Assembly (NCBI GenBank): GCA_964543905.1
Contig: CAZIZO010000009.1
Location: forward strand, 64,524 to 128,523
From: an uncultured Phycisphaeraceae bacterium
GTDB taxonomy: Bacteria; Planctomycetota; Phycisphaerae; Phycisphaerales; UBA1924
Reading direction: 5' to 3'
DNA: 64,000 nt
This document shows positions 27,867 to 36,308 of the stretch, piece after piece. A program made the position numbers and the translations under genes. Position 1 is the stretch's first letter. Each line of letters opens with the position of its first letter. The notes beneath the pieces were generated by a model. It worked only from the letters and a program-made list of their open reading frames with translations. It was not told where the DNA came from and searched no databases.

Positions 27867-29471
27867 ATGCGGGTCCTCCCCATCCATCCACCGCGCGTCC
27901 TGCCCATGCCCGTCCAGGCCGCCGCCGTTCTCCTCGCCTGCATCCTCCTGTTCTGGGTCGGCCTGGGCTCCTCGGGCTTCAATCAGAGCGAGGGCTTCCG
28001 CGTCTTCCCCGCGTACGACATGCTCGACTCGGGCGACTGGGTCGTCCCGCGCCTCTTTGGGCAGGCCTACCTCAGGAAGCCCCCGGGCGTCCCGTGGACC
28101 ATCGCCTGCTTCTCCGAACTCCTCGACCGCACCGAGTTCGCCGCCCGCGCCACTTCGGCGTTGGCCATGACGCTCTCGTGCCTGATGACCCTCGTCGCGT
28201 CCTGGCGATGGTTCGGCCCGCGCTTCTCCCTCCTCGCCGCCCTCGCCCACGCGCTCACGCCCCTCTTCTGGTACTCCGCCCGCAGCGCTGAGATCGAGGC
28301 GATCAACAACCTCTTCACACAACTCGGTGTCTTCGCCCTCCTCGACGCGATCCTCGTTCCTCGCCCCAGCCGACTTTCCCGCGCCCTCGCCGCCTTCGGG
28401 ATCGCGCTCGGCACCGCCGGCCTCCTCCTCTCCAAGGGACCAGCCAGCCTGCCCTGCGTGGGTGCCGCGCTCCTCGCCGGCGCCTTCGTCCAACGTCGAT
28501 TCGCCGCGGCGTTCAAACCCTCCGCGCTCGGCGCCATCCTCGTTGGCTGCGTGCCTTTCTGCTGGTGGCTCTTTCTTGCCACGATGCGCTCCAAGGGCCT
28601 CGATCCCGTCACCCAAACTCCGGGGAGATTCCTTTGGGACCCCAAGCACCTGCTCGAAACGCTGCTCCTGGTGCCCCGAGCATGGGCGAGCGCCCTGCCC
28701 TGGAGCGCCGTCCTCCTCGTGCCGCTGCTGACTCGCCCACGCCGCGAGCAGGAACTGGGAGGAGGGGTTGCCTTGACGCCCCCCTCCTCGACAGAGCACA
28801 GGGGTGTGTTCAATCGCCCGAACGCCGAACCCGACCACCTCGCCAAGGCCCTCACCCTCACCACACTCCTCGCCCTCCTCATCTACACCCTGTCCGGCAT
28901 CCACAACGTCCGCTACACCATGCCCGCGCTTACGTTCTTCTTTCCAGTGGTCGCCTGGTTCTGGTCACGAACCCTCGACCTCCACGCGCCCACCCTCGCC
29001 CTCGCTCCGACGCGTGCCGCACGAGCCTGGCAAGTCGCGCCCATCCTCGTGCTCGCGATCACCGCGTGCGTGTGGCTGCCGATGGAAGAGGCCAGGCGAG
29101 ATCGGAATAGCGGTCGAGAGGTCGGACGCCGGCTGGCGGAGGCCTTACCCGACGGCGCGCGGGTCTGGGGCGACCTCATCTTCGACACACGTCCGGAGGT
29201 CTTCTATTACGCCGGTCAGCATGCGGCCGAACGTGGCAAGCAACTGGCGTTCCTTTGGATTCCCGATCAAGGCCCCGACGCGCGTCCTTCGCCAGGGGCC
29301 CCCTTCTGGGCCGTCCGCACCGACGATCGAGATGAGTTCAACAAGGAGTTTCAGGTGATGTCCGGGCGAGGGTGGCTGGCGGGTTGGGACCCCGTCTTCC
29401 ACGGCGAGATCCAACGAGGACGATTCACGTTCACGGTTTATAAGCAGCGTGAAGCACACAACGGTCGTTGA
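27867..29471 (+). CDS. glycosyltransferase family 39 (ArnT/PMT_2-like) membrane protein
   Basis: About 11 TM helices. The first-loop segment EGFRVFPAYDMLDSGDWVVPRLFGQAYLRKPPG is typical of ArnT-type lipid-linked sugar transferases. Confidence 0.75.
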   Translation: MRVLPIHPPRVLPMPVQAAAVLLACILLFWVGLGSSGFNQSEGFRVFPAYDMLDSGDWVVPRLFGQAYLRKPPGVPWTIACFSELLDRTEFAARATSALAMTLSCLMTLVASWRWFGPRFSLLAALAHALTPLFWYSARSAEIEAINNLFTQLGVFALLDAILVPRPSRLSRALAAFGIALGTAGLLLSKGPASLPCVGAALLAGAFVQRRFAAAFKPSALGAILVGCVPFCWWLFLATMRSKGLDPVTQTPGRFLWDPKHLLETLLLVPRAWASALPWSAVLLVPLLTRPRREQELGGGVALTPPSSTEHRGVFNRPNAEPDHLAKALTLTTLLALLIYTLSGIHNVRYTMPALTFFFPVVAWFWSRTLDLHAPTLALAPTRAARAWQVAPILVLAITACVWLPMEEARRDRNSGREVGRRLAEALPDGARVWGDLIFDTRPEVFYYAGQHAAERGKQLAFLWIPDQGPDARPSPGAPFWAVRTDDRDEFNKEFQVMSGRGWLAGWDPVFHGEIQRGRFTFTVYKQREAHNGR

Positions 29472-29633
29472 GTTCTCGGACTTCTAATCGATCTTCATTA
29501 AAGTCCCATCACGCTTAGAACGCGCAAAATCACGTTTGTGGATAAGTCTTCCTGACCGCTTTGTGGTAGTCTCTGCGCCCCGCCCGCATGTGGCGACAAG
29601 TGAGCGTCGCTCGCCTGCCCGGTGAGCGACCGT

Positions 29634-29680
29634 GGCAGCAGCCTTCTTGAGGGAGAGAGAGAGGGCTGCTGTCGTTTTTG
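29634..29680 (+). terminator. intrinsic terminator
   Basis: GGCAGCAGCC-(20 nt loop)-GGCTGCTGTC followed by GTTTTTG, 163 nt downstream of the GT39 stop. Confidence 0.6.
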
Positions 29681-29707
29681 GGGTTCATCACATCCGAGTC
29701 CGCGCAT

Positions 29708-29732
29708 CAAAAAACGCGGCGAGCGCCGCGTT
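29708..29732 (-). terminator. intrinsic terminator after the RRM-protein gene
   Basis: Minus strand reads AACGCGGCG-ctc-GCCGCGTT TTTTGAT, about 35 nt after the stop at 29765. Confidence 0.7.
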
Positions 29733-29764
29733 GGAGAGATCTGAGTACGGAGGAACGACGGGAC

Positions 29765-30145
29765 CTACCACCCGCCGCCGTCACCGCCGCCGCCGGATTC
29801 GCGACGCCACCCCCCACCACCGCCACCGCCCCCGCCACTCCGGTACCCGCCCCGACTACCGCCCCCCCGGCTGGCGCCGAAACCGCCGCCGCTCCGCTGC
29901 TCCCGCGGCTTCGCCTCATTGACAATCAGTTTTCGTCCACCCAAGTCAAACCCGCTGAGGGCCGCGATCGCCGCGTTCCCTTCCTCGGCGTTGGCCATCT
30001 CCACGAAGCCGAAGCCGCGCGATCGACCGGTCTCCCGATCCATGACCACGGAGGCGCGTTGAACTTGGCCGTGCTGGGCGAACAGTTGCTCGAGTTCCGC
30101 ATCGGTGGTGCTGTACGGAAGGTTGCCGACGTAAATATTGATCAT
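29765..30145 (-). CDS. RNA-binding protein (RRM domain) with Gly/Arg-rich tail
   Basis: MINIYVGNLPYS (RNP2) and RGFGFVEM (RNP1). C-terminal GGGFGASRGGGSRGGYRSGGGGGGGGGW. Confidence 0.85.
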   Translation of the reverse strand: MINIYVGNLPYSTTDAELEQLFAQHGQVQRASVVMDRETGRSRGFGFVEMANAEEGNAAIAALSGFDLGGRKLIVNEAKPREQRSGGGFGASRGGGSRGGYRSGGGGGGGGGWRRESGGGGDGGGW

Positions 30146-30514
30146 CCAACATCCAGACCTTTGCCCGAGTTCAACCCACAATCCATGAACCACCGCCGAG
30201 ACTCAGGCCAGATTCGACTCGGTCCAGACTCCGCCGCGCGCCCGGAGGTGACGCGGCATTGACATAGCCTACCAAATTTGCCGCGAAATCGGGTCGCACA
30301 CAGGCCAAGGACCGGTGAAATCGTGTGAAAAACATGTTGATAACCAGGAATGTCCGTTTGCGGATACGTGCCGCGTAGTGTAGACAGGGGTTTTTTTAGT
30401 CCTATAACCAAAAAGCGTTTGACGTAAGTTGTGATCTGAGCGTCAGATGGAACTGTTTCGCTCGACGACGCAAACCCGGCGATCGCGACGGGGTAAGTTA
30501 CCCAGTTTGCCAGA

Positions 30515-30544
30515 TTCATCCCTATTTCATCGCTTTTTTAGAAT
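30515..30544 (+). promoter_or_regulatory. candidate sigma-70-type promoter (TTCATC-18 nt-TAGAAT)
   Basis: AT-rich island in otherwise GC-rich DNA. The -10-like TAGAAT at 30539-30544 has a weak -35. Promoter consensus for this lineage is not known to me. Confidence 0.25.
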
Positions 30545-30646
30545 CACTCACAATTCTACTCGCACAAACTCTGTATCTTCCGCCGACTACGACGCCCTAC
30601 GGCCGCAGCACCAGACCAAGCCGCCATTCGCATGGCGAAGACCGAG

Positions 30647-30763
30647 CCTCTTTCTCCTCGAGCGGGCACGGGTGCGCGAGAGTGCGCCCGCGCCCAATAG
30701 GTTGGTCCGAAGGTCCTCTTTCTCCTCGAGCGGACACGGGCGCGCGAGAGCGTGCCCGTGCCC
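30647..30763 (+). repeat. tandem 49-nt direct repeat (30647-30695 and 30715-30763), each with a CU-rich head and a 14-bp GC hairpin
   Basis: R1 is cctctttctcctcgagcgggcacgggtgcgcgagagtgcgcccgcgccc. R2 is cctctttctcctcgagcggacacgggcgcgcgagagcgtgcccgtgccc. They match at 44 of 49 positions, and 4 of the 5 differences fall at paired stem positions and keep or improve pairing. Confidence 0.8.
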
Positions 30764-30770
30764 ATTTTTG
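30732..30770 (+). terminator. intrinsic-terminator-like hairpin (second repeat copy + ATTTTTGG)
   Basis: GGACACGGGCGCGC-gaga-GCGTGCCCGTGCCC followed by ATTTTTGG, about 80 nt upstream of the epimerase ATG in a divergent intergenic region. Confidence 0.5.
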
Positions 30771-30848
30771 GGTTGAGCAATCGTTGTCGATGGATTTCCG
30801 GGAGACCTCGGGGAGACTCGTCGAATCTCGGTATGATTCGTGCCACCC

Positions 30849-31862
30849 ATGAAACTCCCGCCCGATCGAGTCTCGAGCCTTCGTCCCTTCTATGAGGGGC
30901 GGGGCGTGTGCGTGACGGGCGGAGCGGGCTTTATTGGCGGGCACTTGATCGATGCGCTGTATTCCTTCGGCGCACGGATCCGCGTCATCGACGACCTCTC
31001 CAACTCCACGCCGCAGCATCTGGATACGCTCATCGATGCGGAGCCCGAGCGCGTGCGGTTTCACCACGCGTCCGTGCTCGACGACGACGCGCTCACGGAC
31101 GCGATGCAGGAGTGCCAAACGGTCTTTCACCTGGCCGCCGTGGGTTCGGTTCCAAGATCCATCGAACACCCGCAGCGCTCGTGGTCGGTCAACGCGACGG
31201 GAACGCTGCGCGTGCTGGAAGCGGCCAAGCGAGCGAAGGCCCACCGCGTGGTCTATGCCGCCTCGTCGTCGGCCTATGGCGAGCAACCCGAACTGCCGAA
31301 AGTCGAAACGCAGGTGCCCCAGCCACTCTCGCCGTACGCCGCGAGCAAGTTGGCCGCCGAGCATCTGTGCCACGTGTGGGCCCATTGCTACGGACTGTCG
31401 ACGGCGTCGCTGCGCTATTTCAACGTCTTCGGCCCGCGCCAGCCCTCCGATTCTCCCTACTCCGCGGTGGTTGCCGCGTTCGCACGCCGCCTGCTCACGG
31501 GCGAGGCGCCCATCATCTTGGGGGACGGCACGCAGTCGCGCGACTTCACCTTCGTCAGCAACGCCGTCCTCGCGACCCTTCTTGCCGGCGCGACCTCGCG
31601 CCCGCTGAAGGGGGAAGTCATCAATGTAGGGACCGGGCGGAGGACCACGGTCTCGGACCTCGCGGTGCTGATGTCGCAGGCGTGTGGCGTGCCGCACATC
31701 CGCCCGGTACACCAGGCAGGTCGGGCGGGCGACGTGAAGCACTCGCTCGCCGACATCGGGCGCGCGAGGCAACTGCTGACGTATGAACCCTTTGCGAAAC
31801 TGGAAGATGGGCTGACCGAGACCGTTGAGTGGTACAAGCGTGCGTTTGCCTCGACGGGCTGA
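30849..31862 (+). CDS. NAD-dependent nucleotide-sugar epimerase/dehydratase (SDR family)
   Basis: VTGGAGFIGGHLIDAL (Rossmann fold), AASSSAYG, YAASKLAAE (YxxxK). The track start at 30840 is GTG; ATG30849 is used. Confidence 0.85.
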   Translation: MKLPPDRVSSLRPFYEGRGVCVTGGAGFIGGHLIDALYSFGARIRVIDDLSNSTPQHLDTLIDAEPERVRFHHASVLDDDALTDAMQECQTVFHLAAVGSVPRSIEHPQRSWSVNATGTLRVLEAAKRAKAHRVVYAASSSAYGEQPELPKVETQVPQPLSPYAASKLAAEHLCHVWAHCYGLSTASLRYFNVFGPRQPSDSPYSAVVAAFARRLLTGEAPIILGDGTQSRDFTFVSNAVLATLLAGATSRPLKGEVINVGTGRRTTVSDLAVLMSQACGVPHIRPVHQAGRAGDVKHSLADIGRARQLLTYEPFAKLEDGLTETVEWYKRAFASTG

Positions 31863-31870
31863 GACCACCG

Positions 31871-32074
31871 ATGTTCCGATCCTTCTTCCACACCCTCGGC
31901 GGGCTGTACCAACTCTTCAGGCTTGGCGTCGTGACGCGATTCCGCTTCAAAGGGCCGTACTGGACGTGGCGCCTACACACGGCCTTCGGCAGGGGCTACC
32001 CCGCGACCAAGGGCGAACTCGTCCGAAGCATTCTCGATTACGGCCGCTGGATGCACCGCATGCGAGGGCTGTAG
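31871..32074 (+). CDS. hypothetical small protein (67 aa)
   Basis: ATG 8 nt after the epimerase stop. High GC3. MFRSFFHTLGGLYQLFRLGVVTRFRFKGPYWTWRLHTAFGRGYP... No family recognised. Confidence 0.35.
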   Translation: MFRSFFHTLGGLYQLFRLGVVTRFRFKGPYWTWRLHTAFGRGYPATKGELVRSILDYGRWMHRMRGL

Positions 32075-32165
32075 AAATCCGCCCTGATAGGCCGATGGTT
32101 GGGTGTCATCCTTGCGCCCTACATTACTTGACCCGCCCGAGGGCGGCGATGAACCGGAGGTCTCC

Positions 32166-32480
32166 ATGGCAGATCAATCTCAAGGCAACTCGTCGTTCGC
32201 AAAGGCATTCATCCCGGGTCTTATCATCGGGCTCGTGGTGGGCGGAACCGTCGGGGCGCTTTGGGTGCCGATGCTCGAAGCCAAGAACAGCGGGGCCGAC
32301 GTCGTCTCGCCCAAAGGCACCAGCACGAAGACGGGTGCGTCGCAGCAGCCCGAGCGCACGCCCTCGCCGCGCCCGGAAGCCGCCCCTCAGGACCCACCCA
32401 AGGGCGCCGTTTCGACGGAATCGCCCGAGAAGGACGTCGAGAAGAAGCCCGAGGAGCCCGCGAAGGCTCCTCCCAAGTGA
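32166..32480 (+). CDS. hypothetical single-pass membrane protein with Pro/Lys/Glu-rich tail
   Basis: GGAGG lies 6 nt before ATG32166. TM segment FIPGLIIGLVVGGTVGALWVPML followed by a low-complexity tail. Confidence 0.5.
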   Translation: MADQSQGNSSFAKAFIPGLIIGLVVGGTVGALWVPMLEAKNSGADVVSPKGTSTKTGASQQPERTPSPRPEAAPQDPPKGAVSTESPEKDVEKKPEEPAKAPPK

Positions 32481-32589
32481 TGAGTCCGCAAGTTTGGTTT
32501 CGGGACCGCATACCCGCGAAGTCCCTTTCGACGGACGGCCCACGGCCCTGGCGTTCGGCTCATAGAATCGAGCACGGAGGCCGTCTCAC

Positions 32590-34962
32590 ATGCGTCTGTG
32601 CCTTGTTTCACGTGAAGTTCGCCCGTTTGTCGGCGGTGGGATCGCCACCTACATCGCGGAGATGGCCAACGCGCTGGTGGCGGCTGGGCACGAGGTCCAC
32701 ATCCTCACCGCGCCCCAAGAAAACTTGCAGCGTCGCGGCGAGGAGGCCATGCCGGGCGTCACCTTCCACGCCGTCCGGATCGATCAGGGCAAGTCGGCGC
32801 TCCCGGGCGCGTTCTACGCCGAGGCCACGCAGTATGCCTTCGCTGTGCTCGAAGCGCTACGGCCGTTGCACGAGCGATTGAAGTTCGACGGGATCGAGTT
32901 TCCCGAGTATCGCGGGGAGGGGTACTGGTGCTTCCGCGCCAAGCGCACGTTGGGCGACTTCGGCGACGCGCTGCTCTCGGTCCGCCTGCACTCGCCGCAT
33001 TACTTGTGTCTCGAGGTGGATCGCCAGCACATCTGCGGCCTCGACCACGCGCACATCGAGCACATGGAGAAGAGCAGCGTGGCGGAGGCGGACCTTGTCC
33101 TCGCCGCCAGCCACGCGATGATGGAACGCATGCTGGGGGACGTGGGGGACGCGATGCCCGCGGAGGCGGTGGTGCCCCGAGAGATTGTGCGCTTGCCGAT
33201 GGACTTTGGCGCGCTCGAGCGGACGCTGGGTCACACCCCAACCCAGAGCGAGGGGCCTCATGGGAGGGCTTCGACCCGAGACTCCCCGTTGGCCAGCATC
33301 CTTTATTTCGGACGCTTGCAAGTGTGCAAGGGGGCGCAGGACCTTGTGCAGGCCTCGCTCCGAGCCTTCGCGCGCGGGCTCGATGCTCGCGTGACCTTCA
33401 TCGGCGGGGACACGCACACCGGCCCCTTCGGCCGCTCCATGCGAGAGTATCTGGAGCGTCAATCCACGGGGGAAGATGCTCGATTCCAATCTCGCTTCAA
33501 GTTCGCCGGGCCGCGTGAGCGCCACGAACTCGGCGAGGCGATCCGCGGGGCGACGATGTGCGTCTTTCCCTCGCTCTGGGAGTCGTATTCCTACGCCTGC
33601 GTGGAAGCGATGGCTTTGGGCGCCCCGGTGATCGTCAGCGACGCCGGGAGCCTGAGCGAGATCGTCGAGCACGAGGTTTCGGGGATCATCTATCCCGCGG
33701 GCGACGTGGCGGCGCTGGAGCGCGCGATCATGAGGCTGGCGGGTGACGCCGACCTGCGCGCCTGGTTGGGCGAGCAGGCCAAGGCCCGTGCCCACGCCCT
33801 GAGCGAGGCGGGCGTCGTCGTGGCGTCGCTCGAGCGAGCCATCGAGCGAGCCCGGCCGCTCGCCGCCGAGCGGGCGCGACGATCGCACGACGCGACCTCG
33901 CGCGGGGCAAGGCCGAGCACCGCGGCGTGCACCGCGGCGCCCCATGCACCGCCCGTCACGGTCATCATCCCCTTCTACAACCTCGCACGCACGCTCCCGG
34001 ACACGCTCGAATCGTTGCAGCGGCAGACCTTCCGCGACTTTGACACCCTCATCATCGACGACGGCTCGAGCGACCCGGCCTCGGTCGCCTACCTGCAACA
34101 CCTTCGCCAGCAGGGCTTGCGGGTGCTTCGGAAGTCGAACGGCGGGCTGGGCTCGGCCCGCAACTTGGGCTTCCACGAGGCGCTCTCCGAGTTCGTGGTG
34201 CCGCTGGATGCCGACGACATCGCCCATCCGCAGTTTGTCGAGAAACTCTACAAGGCGATCCGGCACGACGACGGACTGGCGGCGGTGAGTTGCATGTTCG
34301 AAAGTTTCTACGACAAGCCCGGGGAGGGCGTCTCCGGCTACGCACCCCTCGCGATCGACCCGGACCTCCTGCTCTACCACAACATCGCCGGCCCCGGGGC
34401 CGCCAGCATCCTCCATCGCGACACGGTTTTGAGTGTTGGGGGCTACGACGAGTGGCTGACCTCGTTCGAGGACTGGGACCTCTGGTGCACCCTCGCGGGG
34501 CATGGCTATCGGGGAAAGGCGATCCCCGAGTTCCTCCTCTATTACCGTCTCCGTCCCGACTCGCTCATTCGGAGCGAGGCGCCGCGGCGCTGGCACGCGC
34601 TCAAGGCGTACGTCATCGCGAAGCACAAGCACCTCGCGGACGACCCCTCGATCGTGCTCCGCATGCAACTCGCCGAAACCTACCAGGCGAAGGACCAGGT
34701 CCTCGCGCTCGAGCGAGAGATCATCAACCTGCGATCGCAGATCGCGTCGCTCGGCGGCACCGCGCCCGCGCACGACGCACGGCCCATGCAGACCATCGAC
34801 CCCGGAGCCGTGCACTTCGAGGCCAAGCGCATCATCCAGGAAAACCTGCGCTATCGCCTCGCCGACTCGATCAACAACACGCTCAAAAGCATGGGCGTGC
34901 ACAAAGCGATGAAGCAGGGGGCGAAGAAGGCGATCGAGATCGTGCGAAAACCGAAGAGATAG
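32590..34962 (+). CDS. bifunctional glycosyltransferase (N-terminal GT4/group-1, C-terminal GT2) with C-terminal coiled-coil
   Basis: MRLCLVSREVRPFVGGGIATYIAEMANALVAAGHEV and FPSLWESYSYACVEAMALGAPVIVSDAGSLSEIVEH (E-x7-E) indicate GT4. VTVIIPFYNLARTLPDTLESLQRQTFRDFDTLIIDDGSSD ... LDADD indicates GT2. Confidence 0.85.
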   Translation: MRLCLVSREVRPFVGGGIATYIAEMANALVAAGHEVHILTAPQENLQRRGEEAMPGVTFHAVRIDQGKSALPGAFYAEATQYAFAVLEALRPLHERLKFDGIEFPEYRGEGYWCFRAKRTLGDFGDALLSVRLHSPHYLCLEVDRQHICGLDHAHIEHMEKSSVAEADLVLAASHAMMERMLGDVGDAMPAEAVVPREIVRLPMDFGALERTLGHTPTQSEGPHGRASTRDSPLASILYFGRLQVCKGAQDLVQASLRAFARGLDARVTFIGGDTHTGPFGRSMREYLERQSTGEDARFQSRFKFAGPRERHELGEAIRGATMCVFPSLWESYSYACVEAMALGAPVIVSDAGSLSEIVEHEVSGIIYPAGDVAALERAIMRLAGDADLRAWLGEQAKARAHALSEAGVVVASLERAIERARPLAAERARRSHDATSRGARPSTAACTAAPHAPPVTVIIPFYNLARTLPDTLESLQRQTFRDFDTLIIDDGSSDPASVAYLQHLRQQGLRVLRKSNGGLGSARNLGFHEALSEFVVPLDADDIAHPQFVEKLYKAIRHDDGLAAVSCMFESFYDKPGEGVSGYAPLAIDPDLLLYHNIAGPGAASILHRDTVLSVGGYDEWLTSFEDWDLWCTLAGHGYRGKAIPEFLLYYRLRPDSLIRSEAPRRWHALKAYVIAKHKHLADDPSIVLRMQLAETYQAKDQVLALEREIINLRSQIASLGGTAPAHDARPMQTIDPGAVHFEAKRIIQENLRYRLADSINNTLKSMGVHKAMKQGAKKAIEIVRKPKR

Positions 34963-35107
34963 CGTCTGACGCACGAGGGCCGATCGAGGCGAGTCCGCGA
35001 GCGTGCGCGGGCCATCCGCCGCGTCCGAGGGATCTCGACGATCTCGAACACCAGCGGCGCCCACCCCCACGCCCGTGGTTGAGGTTCAAGGAGCCCTATC
35101 GTCCCGC

Positions 35108-36256
35108 ATGTCCGGGGTGATCCGCGGAACCTGTCACGCCCTCTTCGCGCACGACCTCGCGCTCGCGATCAACCTCGACGAGGCCGAACGCATCCTCGCC
35201 CCGCGCCCGGAGAGCACCGAGCAGCGCGAGGGCATTCGCGGCACGCGGCGTTCGCCCAGGTACTTCCAGTTCAAGCCCAGCCCGCTGCGGATCACCACCA
35301 CGGCCTCGCCCATGGTCATCGGGACGCTCAAGACCGCCCACGCCGTCGATGCGGTGCTCTACGACTTTGGTGCCGTCTCGATCACCTACTCCATCCCGTT
35401 CGAGTGTCCGCTGGAGGACCTGCTGCACCTCAGCAACGCGCTCTACGACAACGCGACCCTTCTCGCCGACGCCCGCACGCGAGCGGAGCGGCTGGCCCAG
35501 ACGATCGCCTCGGCCTTGAAGCGTCCCCACCTTTCGCCGCTCGTCGAAGACTACGTCATCTTCCACTTTGAACTGCCCGACGCGCCAACCGAGGGGAGTG
35601 ACACGCGGCATGCGCCCTCGGCGTTCATCGAACGCCATCGTGCCCTGCTGGCGCGGATCCTGCGTGCCGAGTCCGGCCAACTCTCGCCCCAAGAGATCGA
35701 CGAGTCGACCTCGAGCCGGACCTCCTATGGACCGACGGACGCCGCGATCGTCGACTGGAACGGCGCGATCCTGCTCGATCCCGATCCGCAGGACGCGCAC
35801 ATGGCGTTGGAGTTTGCCAACGTCGAACTGCTGGAGATGCGGCACCTCGACGATCGCCTCGACGCGGCGCTCGACGAGGCGTACGACGTGCTCGAACGTG
35901 ACGCGCGAGTCAAGGACTCGACCCGCTGGCGCCCGTTTACGAGGCCCTTCACCGCCAACTTGCGCCGCGTGAGCCAACTCCAGATGGAATCCGCCCTGCT
36001 GTTCGAGGGCGTGAACAACGCGATCAAACTGCTGGGGGATCAATACCTCGCCCGCGTGTACAGGCACGCCGCGCAGCGCCTCCACCTGCCCGAATGGGAC
36101 GCGAGCATCCTGCGCAAACTCGCGACGCTCGAGAGCATCTACGAGAAACTCTCCGACCGCCAGACCAACCGGCGCATGGAGACTCTGGAGTGGATCATCA
36201 TCGCGCTGATCGCGTTCGAGATCGTGATGTCCGTGATCGACCGGGTGCGGGGTTAG
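35108..36256 (+). CDS. hypothetical protein, possibly RMD1/DUF155-like, with C-terminal TM helix
   Basis: VLYDFGAVSITYSIPF and the terminal RRMETLEWIIIALIAFEIVMSVI helix resemble DUF155 architecture. The assignment is weak. Confidence 0.5.
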   Translation: MSGVIRGTCHALFAHDLALAINLDEAERILAPRPESTEQREGIRGTRRSPRYFQFKPSPLRITTTASPMVIGTLKTAHAVDAVLYDFGAVSITYSIPFECPLEDLLHLSNALYDNATLLADARTRAERLAQTIASALKRPHLSPLVEDYVIFHFELPDAPTEGSDTRHAPSAFIERHRALLARILRAESGQLSPQEIDESTSSRTSYGPTDAAIVDWNGAILLDPDPQDAHMALEFANVELLEMRHLDDRLDAALDEAYDVLERDARVKDSTRWRPFTRPFTANLRRVSQLQMESALLFEGVNNAIKLLGDQYLARVYRHAAQRLHLPEWDASILRKLATLESIYEKLSDRQTNRRMETLEWIIIALIAFEIVMSVIDRVRG

Positions 36257-36308
36257 CCCGCACCAAGGCGAACAGCCCCGTGCGCGTGCGCGGGGCTTGT
36301 CGGGTCGA

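Noticed and set aside
30597-31868. 423-aa minus-strand ORF
   Set aside because: It is antisense to the epimerase gene (GGAGFIGGHL, YxxxK). It extends into the hairpin-repeat intergenic region and has no motif.
32563-32568. TAGAAT -10-like hexamers (also at 51-56 and 30539-30544) upstream of + strand genes
   Set aside because: AT-rich hexamers in intergenic DNA of a GC-rich genome are suggestive. However, no consistent -35 is present and the promoter consensus for this lineage is unknown to me. Only the 30539 copy is listed as a low-confidence feature.
32857-35070. 737-aa minus-strand ORF
   Set aside because: It is antisense to the GT4-GT2 glycosyltransferase, which has E-x7-E and DxD-type motifs. 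It has no features of its own.
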